A stretch of 64,000 nucleotides of DNA from assembly GCF_037042905.1 (NCBI RefSeq), contig NW_026974140.1, forward strand, positions 7,936,001 to 8,000,000, given 5' to 3'. Positions 51,601 to 63,600 of the stretch are shown piece by piece. The position numbers and the translations under genes are program-made. Under the pieces are notes generated by a model. The model worked only from the letters and a program-made list of their open reading frames with translations, ran no database searches and was not told the DNA's origin. Numbering within the stretch: position 1 is the stretch's first letter; each line of letters starts with the position of its first letter. Source of the DNA: Lytechinus pictus. Taxonomy: Eukaryota.

Positions 51601-54600
51601 TTGCCCACATATTTTCTGATCAAGCGACAAATCGCCTGCAGTGATAGTCTATGGGAGTTTACGTTTTAAATGCAAAATCGCACATACACGTAGGTCTACG
51701 TGTATTACCTGCTGAAGAGAGGTGACTGAAGGAGGACTTGATCTTGCCATTCTTGGTGTGGTAAGCAACTAATTAAGAACAAGTGTCATTTCGCATACTG
51801 TAGAACTGAGCCCCAGAAAGTAGAGCACAAGAAAATAAGGCCAAATAATATAAGGCCGGAAATAATAATCTGGGCGTAACGTTATGATCTAACGTAGATC
51901 TAACGTAAGTTAGACTCGGTCTAACAAGATCTACTACGGTACGTTACGTCTAGAAATGTTAAAAACGTCGTCAGGCCTAACTTAATATCTAATTTAGATA
52001 GGCTAGATGTTTATCCTAGCCTAAGTTACATCTAGATCTAACGTTAGACCTAATGTTAGACTCGATAATATTAGACTGGCCTAAAGTTACTAAAGAAAGT
52101 TAGACTTAAATTAAAGATAAATGAAAGTAGTTGCAGTAAACACTGATTTCACGAGAAAGTGTGTAAAACCGAGCTTAATTGTCAATATTATCGAGGATCT
52201 AGATCTGGTACAGTTACATAAACTGAACTTTGTGAAATCTTGAAATCTACGCTGAAAAATGTTCATACTGAAGATCATCAACACAGATAAGCGCACGTGG
52301 GACAGTGTATTATTATTGCTTTGAATGTTGGCCCGACGCTTGACCCAAATCCCGTGCTTATAATTTGCTAATTTCTCAGCAATTACACAATTTCTTCCAG
52401 AATCCTTTGGCACATATTTTTTATTTATACAAACAGACACTTTGGTGGTCATTTCATTGGATTCTGTACGAACTCATTTTGAAATCGTTACCACAACTGG
52501 CATTTATCTTTAACTTAGTCTTACTAGAGTCTAACTAACATTAGGCCTAACGTTACTCATAGTTATATCTAACGTTAGGTAGACCTATAAGTAACGTTAA
52601 CAAAAGTTAGACCTGTTGTTAGTCAAACGTTAGGCCTCGTCAGTAGTCTAGAGTCTAGACATAGGTCTAATGTTAGTAAGACTAGTACATGTAAATTGTA
52701 AGTTAGACCTCTGAACGAATATGATGAATTCCGGGATGAATTATTAAGTTATAGACTAGCCTAGCCTAGTACTTTAGTTTTACTAGTAGTAGGGTCTATA
52801 ATAGATGAGAGAGGCACTGGGTCGTTTTGTCAGCAGCAAGAGTGGCAGATAGGAGGGTGGCAAGGAATTAATAAGAGGGGATTTGGAGTGGTGAAACTTG
52901 GGTAGCCTGAACTGAAAGAAGTAAGACCGATTGCTCAGTTTGACCATATTTTTGTGGGACCCTCTAGTCGATCTGTTCTAGATCGAAACAAATGGTGGAA
53001 AGTAGATCTAGACCCTAGTAGGAATTTTGGAGTCCTTGGCTAAGAAGTAAGGCTAACTAAGTTATTTCCCACAAACTCTCTGGAAAAGACTAGGCCTACG
53101 AATAAATAATGTAAAAACCTAGACTCTAAATCCTCCCCATATGACATAGGCCTAGCTAATTAACGTTAGACCTTGTTTTCATTGAAACATAGAGTCTAGG
53201 CCTAGTCACTAACTTTAGGCTACTATTATTTTGGAGAGAACTTTGCATTTAAAAAAAGTTATTTTTTCTAGTTTGTCAAAAATTGTCAGTCTGTTATTAT
53301 GTAAAGGATTTTAAAATGAGCGCCCTTTTCTTTATCCAGGGGCAGCTCAATCGTGGGGCGATGGGAAGGGGTTTGGGTTGGCACTGGCTTGCCCGAAAAA
53401 AAATCCCCCAGAACAAAAGTGACCCTTTTTCATATGAAATATGTCCTTTGTGTGCTGGCATAACTTTTAAATCTGCACATTTCTGTCCCAAAATTTGATT
53501 GCTTTATTTGTGTAATTCCATTCTTTTTTTATTGGTTTATTTTTCATTTAGTATTATTATTATTATTATTATTATTATTTTTTTTTTTGGGGGGGGGGAG
53601 CTGAAGTGATCGGGTACGTATACCATACAGAGAAGACATAATTTGTTGACATTTTATTCAACAAACATTTCATCTCTAAAAAAACATTATATGGCTTAGC
53701 TTATAGGCTCTCATGGAGGCAAAAAATTGTGCCTCTATCTTTTTTTCTTAACATGACCCTATGTTTACATGTCCTTTTCAAATGATAAAAAATTATTATT
53801 TCAAGCTCTTGAAGGAATTTCTAGATGATCACTTTTCTCTACAACTAAGCAAAAACATTTCAATTGGGAGAATTTCTATTTGTGCATTATAAAAATGGGA
53901 CCCTGATCAGCAAGCCTGCCAGTTACAATGTAAATGTAAGAAATTGCTGATTGGGCACTGGCCTTTCCCTAGTTGCTTTTGCAATTCTTCCTTTAAACCT
54001 TTATTATTATTATTATTTGCTAACAAAATTTATATGGAATTTCTTGCATGACAGATAACCAACATGGAGGAAGCCCTTATCCTAGAAGTGTAGGAAAATC
54101 CAATCCTGTATGACAAGAGATTGGAGATGTTCAAGGATACAGAAGTAAAAAATGATGTATGACATGACATTGGGCGTCAGTTTGTAATCTCAGGTTGGTA
54201 TTATTTTACGTCATATTAATTTTTTTCAAACTTCACGATTTTTTCACTATCAATTTGAAGAAAAATATTGAACAATGTAAAAGAGTTATATTTGTGTGTG
54301 GATGTTTGAAAGCAAATCAAGTTCACAATCTAACAACTGTAGCTAACTTCTGGTTGTTGTAATTCAATGAATACCGATGCTAAGTTTTGGTCATTATGGC
54401 CATTTTCAAAATTGTTTGCACATGTGTAAGATAGTCTAGTGTTAAAAAAAATTAAGTAAATGAGACACAAGAGCAAGGGTATGTACATGTAAATGCAGAA
54501 AGAGACCTTGCTTTGTGATGTGGACCAAAAACTATAAACCAACCCCTCACAAATACGTAATATAAATATCACATCACTTTTACAAGCAAAAAAAAATGAA

Positions 54601-57600
54601 GGTGGCAAAATTCTTTACTTTCAAAAGCATGTTGTCCATTTTCACATTTAAATATTTGGGGGGGGGGTGGGTAGGGCTTGAGATGAGTCATAAACAGAAA
54701 TGAAAATTTTCAGAGGTTATAGGAATTAGATTTCGTGTTGTTTTTTAATTATTTTAAGGTGACGTAGCGAGTTGAGGGACAACTTCCTAAAAAAACGACA
54801 GAAAATGGAGAGGAAGAGTGGTGACGGAGCTCCCTCAAATGCAGCACGTAAATACAAGTACAGTGAGGCAATGGAATTCCTACTTCCCCACATACATAAT
54901 CGAGAGTAAGATATTCAATATTTTGTTTTCTTATCCCAGGGAAGAGAGAATATGTGTATATCAATTTGAATTCATGCAAAGAAATGTATTTTAGAAATAT
55001 GAATTGTGATATTGTGCTGCACTTGACCCAGGTTTAGTTTCTGGGTTCTGACAGGAATTCCTTGCAACAGCTAGAAACGGTCGGGCAACAGCTATGGTAT
55101 TAATTTGCACTTTGTGCACTCTGCAGGGTGGATATGAGAGCTCTCATACAAACTATACAAATCATTTTGAATTATACATTGATGATTGGCTCATTCTCTC
55201 ATGTTTACTTCAACCCGTTTCCTGTAATTATTATATACATCCACATTTTCATTCAATATGATTTATCATATTTGTACTTGACTACCTGTGCAAAATAGTA
55301 CAGGTTAATGGGTGTTGCATTTTCTTGAAGTGAGAGCCATTTGCTTACAGAAAAGCAACCCGCCCCTTAAAAAAATAATATAATAAAATAAAACTATAGA
55401 TGTTTCGAATATTAATGAATTAAAGAACAGACAAACTGTATCGACTTGGTACATGAGAGTCAATTTTTTAGTGTTCATTATTATGAGTAAAACATATGAA
55501 ATAAATTTGAACATATATATGATTTTTCTGTCAACAGAACAAGTTCAATCTTGGATCCTGTGTTTGATGTGGACACACCAGGAGAAGCCTGTACCAAACA
55601 GGAAGAAACTGAGCAGGAGAATGGTGACATCTGTCCACAATGTGGGTCAGGCTTCATCGTCATCGTCCTCAGGCACGTCCGCAACAGTCCAGTCTTCAAG
55701 TCCCAAATTCACTTTAAATCGAGGAGACAATGTTGCAGTATTTTCAAAGCAGCGATAGTCATGGTGACAACATAACTGTAGATCCATTTTTCTCCAGCTT
55801 GTCCCCCATTGTCCCACACTATAAAAGTTACCTCAATGCCAGCTCCATTGCAATGAGGTTAAATTTTGGTCTTCTGAATATTGAACATACTACTATAGGA
55901 ATTAAAGGTTCTGTGTCATCTAAATCCAAGTCGATTCTTATTGATGTGATAAACGTCTCACATGTTACAATTTAAGAATCCAAATATGTTTCGTAGATTA
56001 AAAAAAAAGTTAACAGAAAATGTTCTAACTTGCTATGCTCCACCGCTAAAAAGAGAGCTGATATCTTATTCCCTCTGACATCACTCAATATTCATCCGAT
56101 TGTTAGCTAACAAAGGGACAGTGGTTTGTAGTTTGCCAGAGCTAACAACCTGTTAACAGTCTCAACATAAAAGATGCAATGTCAGACATGCAGCATCACC
56201 AACAAATGGAAAGCAGTGTATATATGATTACATCTGAATGACTTCTGATAAATCCATATGAAATAAATCATTTGCAGGAAATCTACAACTTTAATGACTG
56301 ATATTGTATTATAAACAACTACACCATAAAATGTGCTATTCTTATTTCCACTTGAATTTTTCACTTTAACGTCTCCCATTGTTACTTTTGCAAGTTGGTC
56401 TCAATTTGCAGAAATTATGATTGTAAAGGATTATGATCTTCCTCTTTCGTAGATCTGGGAAATATTGGCAGAACATGTTCACCATTTATTAAAAATATAT
56501 TTATTTCTTAAATTATACTTGAATTCAAAATCAGGATTTGTTCACAGATGAACATTTTGCACATCACAGAAATTTGGTTCATGCAAATATAAACATGATT
56601 ACTAGTAATGCACTATCAAATATCAACACATGAAACCAGTTACTGTAAAAATAAAAATGATGGGTACTGGACGGAACGTGGTACAGGTAATTTCTGGACT
56701 AATGTTTTATTTTGGAAATAGATCTAGGATTGTTTGAAATATGACAAAATGTTACCAACTAAATTTTATCTCTAAACAGAATGGCAATGACACTCCTGAG
56801 GCCTGTTTCATAGAGAGGTATAACTATCACAACTCTAATTGTCTTTAATATGGCAACTACCATGGTAATATGGCGCAACATCCAATTATAATTGTGGTTT
56901 CCATGGTAGTTGCCATAATGTTAAAGTACTTTTGAAATGGGCCCCTGGACATGAAGAATACTGACAAAAGAAAGTTGATGGTGAAATAAAAAGAATACAT
57001 TTATCTTCAAAAAAGTTTTTGCCGCCCCATGCATTTTTTTTGTTTATATATATATATCGTTTTATTTTTTTCTGTAATAAATTCATGAGCATCACTTTTA
57101 TTTTCAACAACAAATATAATGTAGAGTGCTGATTTTTCACAGATAGACCTTGCAGCAATCAGTCATTAACAAGCAAACTCAAAGAATATCAAACAGCTAC
57201 GAGAAGAAGAACCTAAAATTTAATTGGAGCTGAACTAAACTCAAAGTAAAGATTCGACAAAATGAAGTCCAGTGTTGCTCTGATTTATTGGGCCAGACCT
57301 CACTTGGCATTGATTTTTAAGAACAAGTCCACCCCAACAAAAATGTTGATTTAAATAAAAAGAGAAATATCCAAAAAGCATAACACTGAAAATATCAAAG
57401 TCCGATGTAAAATAAGAAAGTTATAATATTTTAAAGTTTCGCTTGATAAAAAAAAAAGAAAGTTATATACACATCCTGATCAGTATGCAAATTAGGAGAC
57501 TGATGACGTCATCCCTTCACTATTTCTTTTGTATTTTATTACCGGTATATGAAATATGAAATGTAATTTTCTTCTCATTGTCAAGAGAAACAATCAATTA

Positions 57601-60600
57601 CTCCCTGAACATGTAGAATTAGCATTGGTTCAGTCAAGTTGGTCCTTATTGTCAAATAAATGAAATATTGTATTTTTCAAACAATAAAAAAACAAAAGAA
57701 ATAGTGAGGGACATTGAACCGTCTCATTTGCATGTCACTCAGGTGTGCATATCACTCTTTTGTGAAAATAAGCAAAACTTTAAAATGTCATAACTTTCTT
57801 ATTTTACATCCGATTCTGCATGAAATTTTTCAGTATTATGCTATAGTTTGACTTTTTTTCTATTTATTCAAATCAACAGTTTTCTTGGGTGGATTTGACA
57901 TTTAAACAAATAATATACCGTATTCGAATATGTTCAGAAATAACTTCGTATAATAAATTTAATTAATAGAAACAGTGAGAATAGAAGAATCCAGAAAAGT
58001 GGAAGAACTAAGGGTGAAAGGTGAACCAATGAGCATGAGGTAGGATGATATGAATGAAGAAGAATGTTCTGAATATAAATGAGAAGACAATAGAAACATG
58101 TGTAGTTGAAATGGCAGTAGAATGTGATGTATAAACTAAGGAATGAGATAACAGGTGGCAATGGCAGAGAATGGAAAAAGAAGTATGGAAAGCAAAGCGT
58201 AAGATAAAAGATTAATCATGACAAAATTCAACATTTAAATAGAACGATCCATTCCCGTATAGACGAGTGAATAAAAGAAAGAATATTGTCTGTCCAATGA
58301 GCAGTCTGTCGGGTTGATTGAGGCTTCTTGGTGGAATTCAAGACAGATTAATTTATACATAGATACACGAAAACCCTTAAAATTACTTCTTGCCACGCCT
58401 GAAGCAGGCTACTTTGCCTTGGGTTTTCCTGGGTACATCGGACGGTTTTTGCCTGCCGGACGGCATCCGAGCACGGCTTTATTGCCGTGCCGTGGGGCAG
58501 TGGAAACTGGAAAACGGCACAACGTGCCGTATGCCGTGCCGGATGCTGTGTAAACGGGCCTATAGGGATCCAAATGTTGTCCGTTGTCCATCCGTTACAA
58601 ACCTAATGACACATAACTCCACAACCGTAAGTTGCTTTTCAACCAAACTTGGATGGTAGATGGACTTGGGAGACCTGCATGTTATGCTGCAGTTGGTGGT
58701 GGTAAGGTCAAAGGTCATTTTCAGGTCAACGTTAAAGTTTACATGCAAGACTCTCTTATGACACCTAACTCCGCAACCGTAAGTCGCTTTTCAACCAAAC
58801 GTGGATGGTAGATGGACTTGGGGAACCTGCATGTTATGCTGCAGTCAGTGGTCACATGATAAGGTCAAAGGTCATTTTCAGGTCAACGTTAAAGTTTACA
58901 TGCAAGACTCTCTTATGACACCTAACTCCGCAACCGTAAGTCGCTTTTCAACCAAACTTTGATGGTAGATGGACTTGGGGAACCTGCATGTTATGCTGCA
59001 GTCAGTGGTCACATGATAAGGTCAAAGGTCATTTTCAGGTCAACGTTAAAGTTTACATGCAAGACTCTCTTATGACACCTAACTCTGCAACCGTAAGTCG
59101 CTTTTCCAACCAAACTTGGATGGTAGATTGACTTGGGGGGCCTGCATGTTAAGTTGCAGTCGGAGGTCACATGGTAAGGTCAAAAGTCATTTTCCGGTCA
59201 ACGTTATAGTTTACATGCAAGACTCTCTTACGACACCTAACTCCGCAACCGTAAGTCGCTTTTCAACAAAACTTGGATGGTAGATGGACTTGGGGGACCT
59301 GCATGTTATGCTGCAGTTGGAGGTCACATGATAAGGTCAAAGGTCATTTTCAGGTCAACGTTAAAGTTTACATGCAAGACTCTTATGACACCTAACTCCG
59401 CAACTGTAAGTCGCTTTTCAACCAAACTTTGATGGTAGATGGACTTGGGGAACCTGCATGTAATGCTGCAGTCAGTGGTCACATGATAAGGTCAAAGGTC
59501 ATTTTCAGGTCAACGTTAAAGTTTACATGCAAGACTCTCTTATGACACCTAACTCTGCAACCGTAAGTTGCTTTTCCAACCAAACTTGGATGGTAGATGG
59601 ACTTGGGGGGCCTGCATGTTAAGTTGCAGTCGGAGGTCACATGGTAAGGTCAAAAGTCATTTTCAGGTCAACGTTAAAGTTTACATGCAAGACTCTCTTA
59701 TGACACCTAACTCCGCAACCGTAAGTCACTTTTCAACAAAACTTGGATGGTAGATGTACTTAGGCGACCTGCATGTCATGCTGCAGTCAGAGGTCACATG
59801 GTAAGGTCAAAGGTCATTTTCAGGTTAACATTAAAGTTTACATGCAAGACTCTTATGACATCTAACTCCGCAACCGTAAGTCACTTTTCAACCAAACTTG
59901 TATGGTAGATGGACTTGGGGGACCTGCATGTTAGGCTGCAGTCAGAGGTCACATTGTAAGGTCAAAGGTCATTTTCAGGTCAACGTTAAAGTTTACATGC
60001 AAGACTCTTATGACACCTAACTCCGCAACTGTAAGTAACTTTTCAACAAAACTTGGATGGTAGATGTACATGTACTTAGGCGACCTGCATGTTATGCTGC
60101 AGTCAGAGGTCACACGGTAAGGTCAAAGGTCATTTTCAGGTTAACATTAAAGTTTACGTGCAAGGCTCCTATGACAAGTGTTATTCCATCCCAGTCATTT
60201 CACAATGAAGTTTTGATACAATTCTGTTGCGTGCCCTCGCAAATCACGATATTTCTGGTTATTTTCATAAGTGGGCGAGACACAAAATCGCTTTTGCCTT
60301 GTATTTCAGGACAAATGAAAATATATAATTCCTTAATTGCGTGCATATTTCAAATTTGCTATATTAAGTAATGAAAATTAGTGAAATAATATACATTTGT
60401 CTATTAAATGGCGAGTAGAAGAATAAATGGTACAATTGCAAAACTTCTATTGGTCTGTATAAGTTAACTAAATTGTACAAGGGTTTATCAATATAACATG
60501 TTACGGTATTGAAATTATTAGTGCACAATCTCTCAATACAACCTGACTGATATCAAACAGTCACTCATTAGAGTCATGAGTATTTGAAGTACCTCTCATA

Positions 60601-63600
60601 TCCCCCATCAGAAGTTTGATATTACTTTATGTGTACTAATATCTTGATTTATATCTTAGAAATGATGCACGCTAAAGATAAGGAGCTAAACAGTATCATC
60701 TCAGATAAGATGAGGTTGGTTGGAGAACTCAAGGAACTTATTGTCAAAGAAGATTCCCTTGGATCGGTGAGTATCAAATCAAGACTACGGCATGAAGTTT
60801 GAAAGGGCAAGGACAAGAACAGTGGGCAGAATGTATTGGGTTAATGATAGGAAATAACATACTGTATATGGCATAATTATCTGTTTCCTGTTGTATAGAT
60901 TAAAAACTGTTTTGATTAAGAAATAAAGTTTTAGATGGCAAGGAATAAAGGAGTAGGCAGGATAGGATAAGGTTAAAGGTGGAAAATAACAATAGATAAT
61001 AGGATAATTATATGTTACAAAGATTGAAAACTATTATGTATTCCAAAGCAGAAGAAGAAAAGGATTAAAAAGATGAGCAAAGAGATACAGATACAAGAAA
61101 GTATTAAATATCTAAGATGCAGATAGAGACTGGTTGTTCTAAACATACAATGTTGACAGAAGTGAGTAAAAAAACAAATGAAGCAAGTAAATAATTTCAA
61201 ACAAAGATGTGAGAAGCAGATAGTTCAAAACATGGATAGGGCAATAATAATTTCAAATTGAGCATAATTTGTTTTATTAACCACATCTTTATATGGTACG
61301 TTTTTGTCTCGCCTGCATAGCAGAGTGAGACTATAGGCGCCGCTTTTCCGACGGCGGCGGCGTCAACACCAAATCTTAACCTAAGGTTAAGTTTTTGAAA
61401 TGACTGCATAACTTAGAAAGTATAAGGACCTAGTTCATTAAACTTGGCCATGAGGTCAATCAAGTATTACTGAACATTCTGCCTGAGTTTCAGGTCACAT
61501 GACCAAGGTCAAAGGTCATTTAGGGTCAATGAACTTAGACCATGTTGGGGGAATCAACATCAAAATCTTAACCTAAGGTTAAGTTTTTGAAATGTCATCA
61601 TAACTTAGAAAATATATGGACCTAGTTCATGAAACATGAAACTTGGACATAAGGTTAATCAAGTATTACTGAACATCCTGCTTGAGTTTCACATCACATG
61701 ACCAAGGTCAAAGGTCATTTAGGGTCAATGAACTTTAGCCATATTGGAGGTATTTGTTGAATTACCATCATATATCTGTAAGTGTATTGGTCTAATTCAT
61801 AAAACGTGGACATAAGAGTAACCAAGTATCACTGAACATCTTGTGCCAGTTTCAGGTCACATGACCAAAGTCAAAGGTCATTTAAGGTCATTGAACTTTG
61901 GCCATTTTAGAGGTAGTTATTAGATTGCTGTCATAACTTTCAAAGTTTATAGATATAGTGTATAAAATGTGGATATAGGGGTAATCAAGTAGTTTTAGGT
62001 CACATGATCAAGGTCAAATGTCAATGAACGTAGTATTGTATCATTATATGAATGGTGTTTTTTGTGAATAATTATTTATAGTAGTTTTCAAAGTCAGCAC
62101 TGCTGCTATATTGAATCGTGTGATGCAGGTGAGACAGCCAGAGGCATTCCACTTGTTTTGTGTGTCTTACTCCTGCTCATTTGCCTCATACCCTCTCTTC
62201 CTCCTTTTACTCTCCTCCATTTCTTCCTCCCTCTCTTCCATCTTTTACTCTCCTCCATTTCTTCCTCCCTCTCTTCCCTCTTACTCTCCTCCATTTCTTC
62301 CTCCCTCTCCTCCTTTTACTCTCCTCCATTTCTTCCTCCCTCTCTATCCTCCTTTTACTCTCCTCCATTTCTTCCTCCCTCTCTTTCTCCTTTTACTCTC
62401 CTCCATTTCTTCCTCCCTCTCTTCCCTCCTTTTACTCTCCTCCATTTCTTCCTCCCTCTCCCCTCCTTTTACTCCTCCATTTCTTCCTCCCTCCTTTTAC
62501 TCTCCTTCATTTCTTCCTCCCTCTCTTCCCTCCTTTTATTCTCCATTTCTTCCTCCCTCTCCCCTCCTTTTACTCCTCCATTTCTTCCTCCCTCTCCCCT
62601 CCTTTTACTCCTCCATTTCTTCCTCCCTCTCTTCCCTCCTTTTACTCTCCTCCATTTCTTCCTCCCTCTCCCCTCCTTTTACTCTCCTTCATTTCTTCCT
62701 CCCTCTCTTCCATCTTTTACTCTCCTCCATTTCTTCCTCCCTCTCTTCCCTCTTACTCTCCTCCATTTCTTCCTCCCTCTCCTCCTTTTACTCTCCTCCA
62801 TTTCTTCCTCCCTCTCTATCCTCCTTTTACTCTCCTCCATTTCTTCCTCCCTCTCTTTCTCCTTTTACTCTCCTCCATTTCTTCCTCCCTCTCTTCCCTC
62901 CTTTTACTCTCCTCCATTTCTTCCTCCCTCTCCCCTCCTTTTACTCCTCCATTTCTTCCTCCCTCCTTTTACTCTCCTTCATTTCTTCCTCCCTCTCTTC
63001 CCTCCTTTTATTCTCCATTTCTTCCTCCCTCTCCCCTCCTTTTACTCTTCCATTTCTTCCTCCCTCTCCCCTCCTTTTACTCCTCCATTTCTTCCTCCCT
63101 CTCTTCCCTCCTTTTACTCTCCTCCATTTCTTCCTCCCTCTCCCCTCCTTTTACTCCTCCATTTCTTCCTCCCTCTCTTCCCTCCTTTTACTCTCCTTCA
63201 TTTCTTCCTCCCTCTCTTCCCTCCTTTTATTCTCCATTTCTTCCTCCCTCTCTTCCCTCCTTTTACTTTCCTCCATCTCTTTCTCCCTCTCTTCCTCCTT
63301 TTCTCTCCATCCAGCTTCTCCATCTGCTCCTCCATCCGATTCATTTGCTCCTTTTTCTTCCCCTCCTCCTTTTACCCCCCTTCTCCATCCTTCCTTTCCT
63401 CCCCCACTCTCTTCCTTTTTTCCTTTCCCCTCCTCCAGCTCTTCCTTCATCTGCTTCATTCTCCTCTCCTCCTCCCCCTCCTCCTTTTACTTCCCTTCCC
63501 CATCCTTCATCTCTTTCTCTTCTTCTGTGATGCATTAAAGAAAATTCTTCTGGTACAGTATAAACTTGTTGCCTGTCCACTCTTCTTGCAATAAGCAGGG

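Larger units (their letters stand above)
51360..58561. mobile_element. PIF/Harbinger transposon (7.2 kb), non-autonomous
   Basis: 29-bp perfect TIR aggcccgtttacacagcatccggcacggc; 3-bp flanks tta/ata; subterminal GCACGGC repeats; internal MADF gene. Confidence 0.88.
51323..60303 (+). mobile_element. Helentron/HINE-like element, family B, split by the Harbinger insertion
   Basis: 5' subTIR gtcttgcccac + IR ggcgagac at 51328-51357; body resumes at 58562; 3' subTIR gtgggcgagac + hairpin caaaa-tcgc-ttttg + ccttgt at 60271-60302. Confidence 0.75.

Noticed and set aside
58606-60172. Possible CRISPR array
   Set aside because: Head-to-tail ~157-bp units with no unique spacers, no cas genes, eukaryotic context
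62111-63594. Three 450-480 aa ORFs rich in L/S/P/F
   Set aside because: All three frames are open only because the pyrimidine minisatellite lacks stop codons
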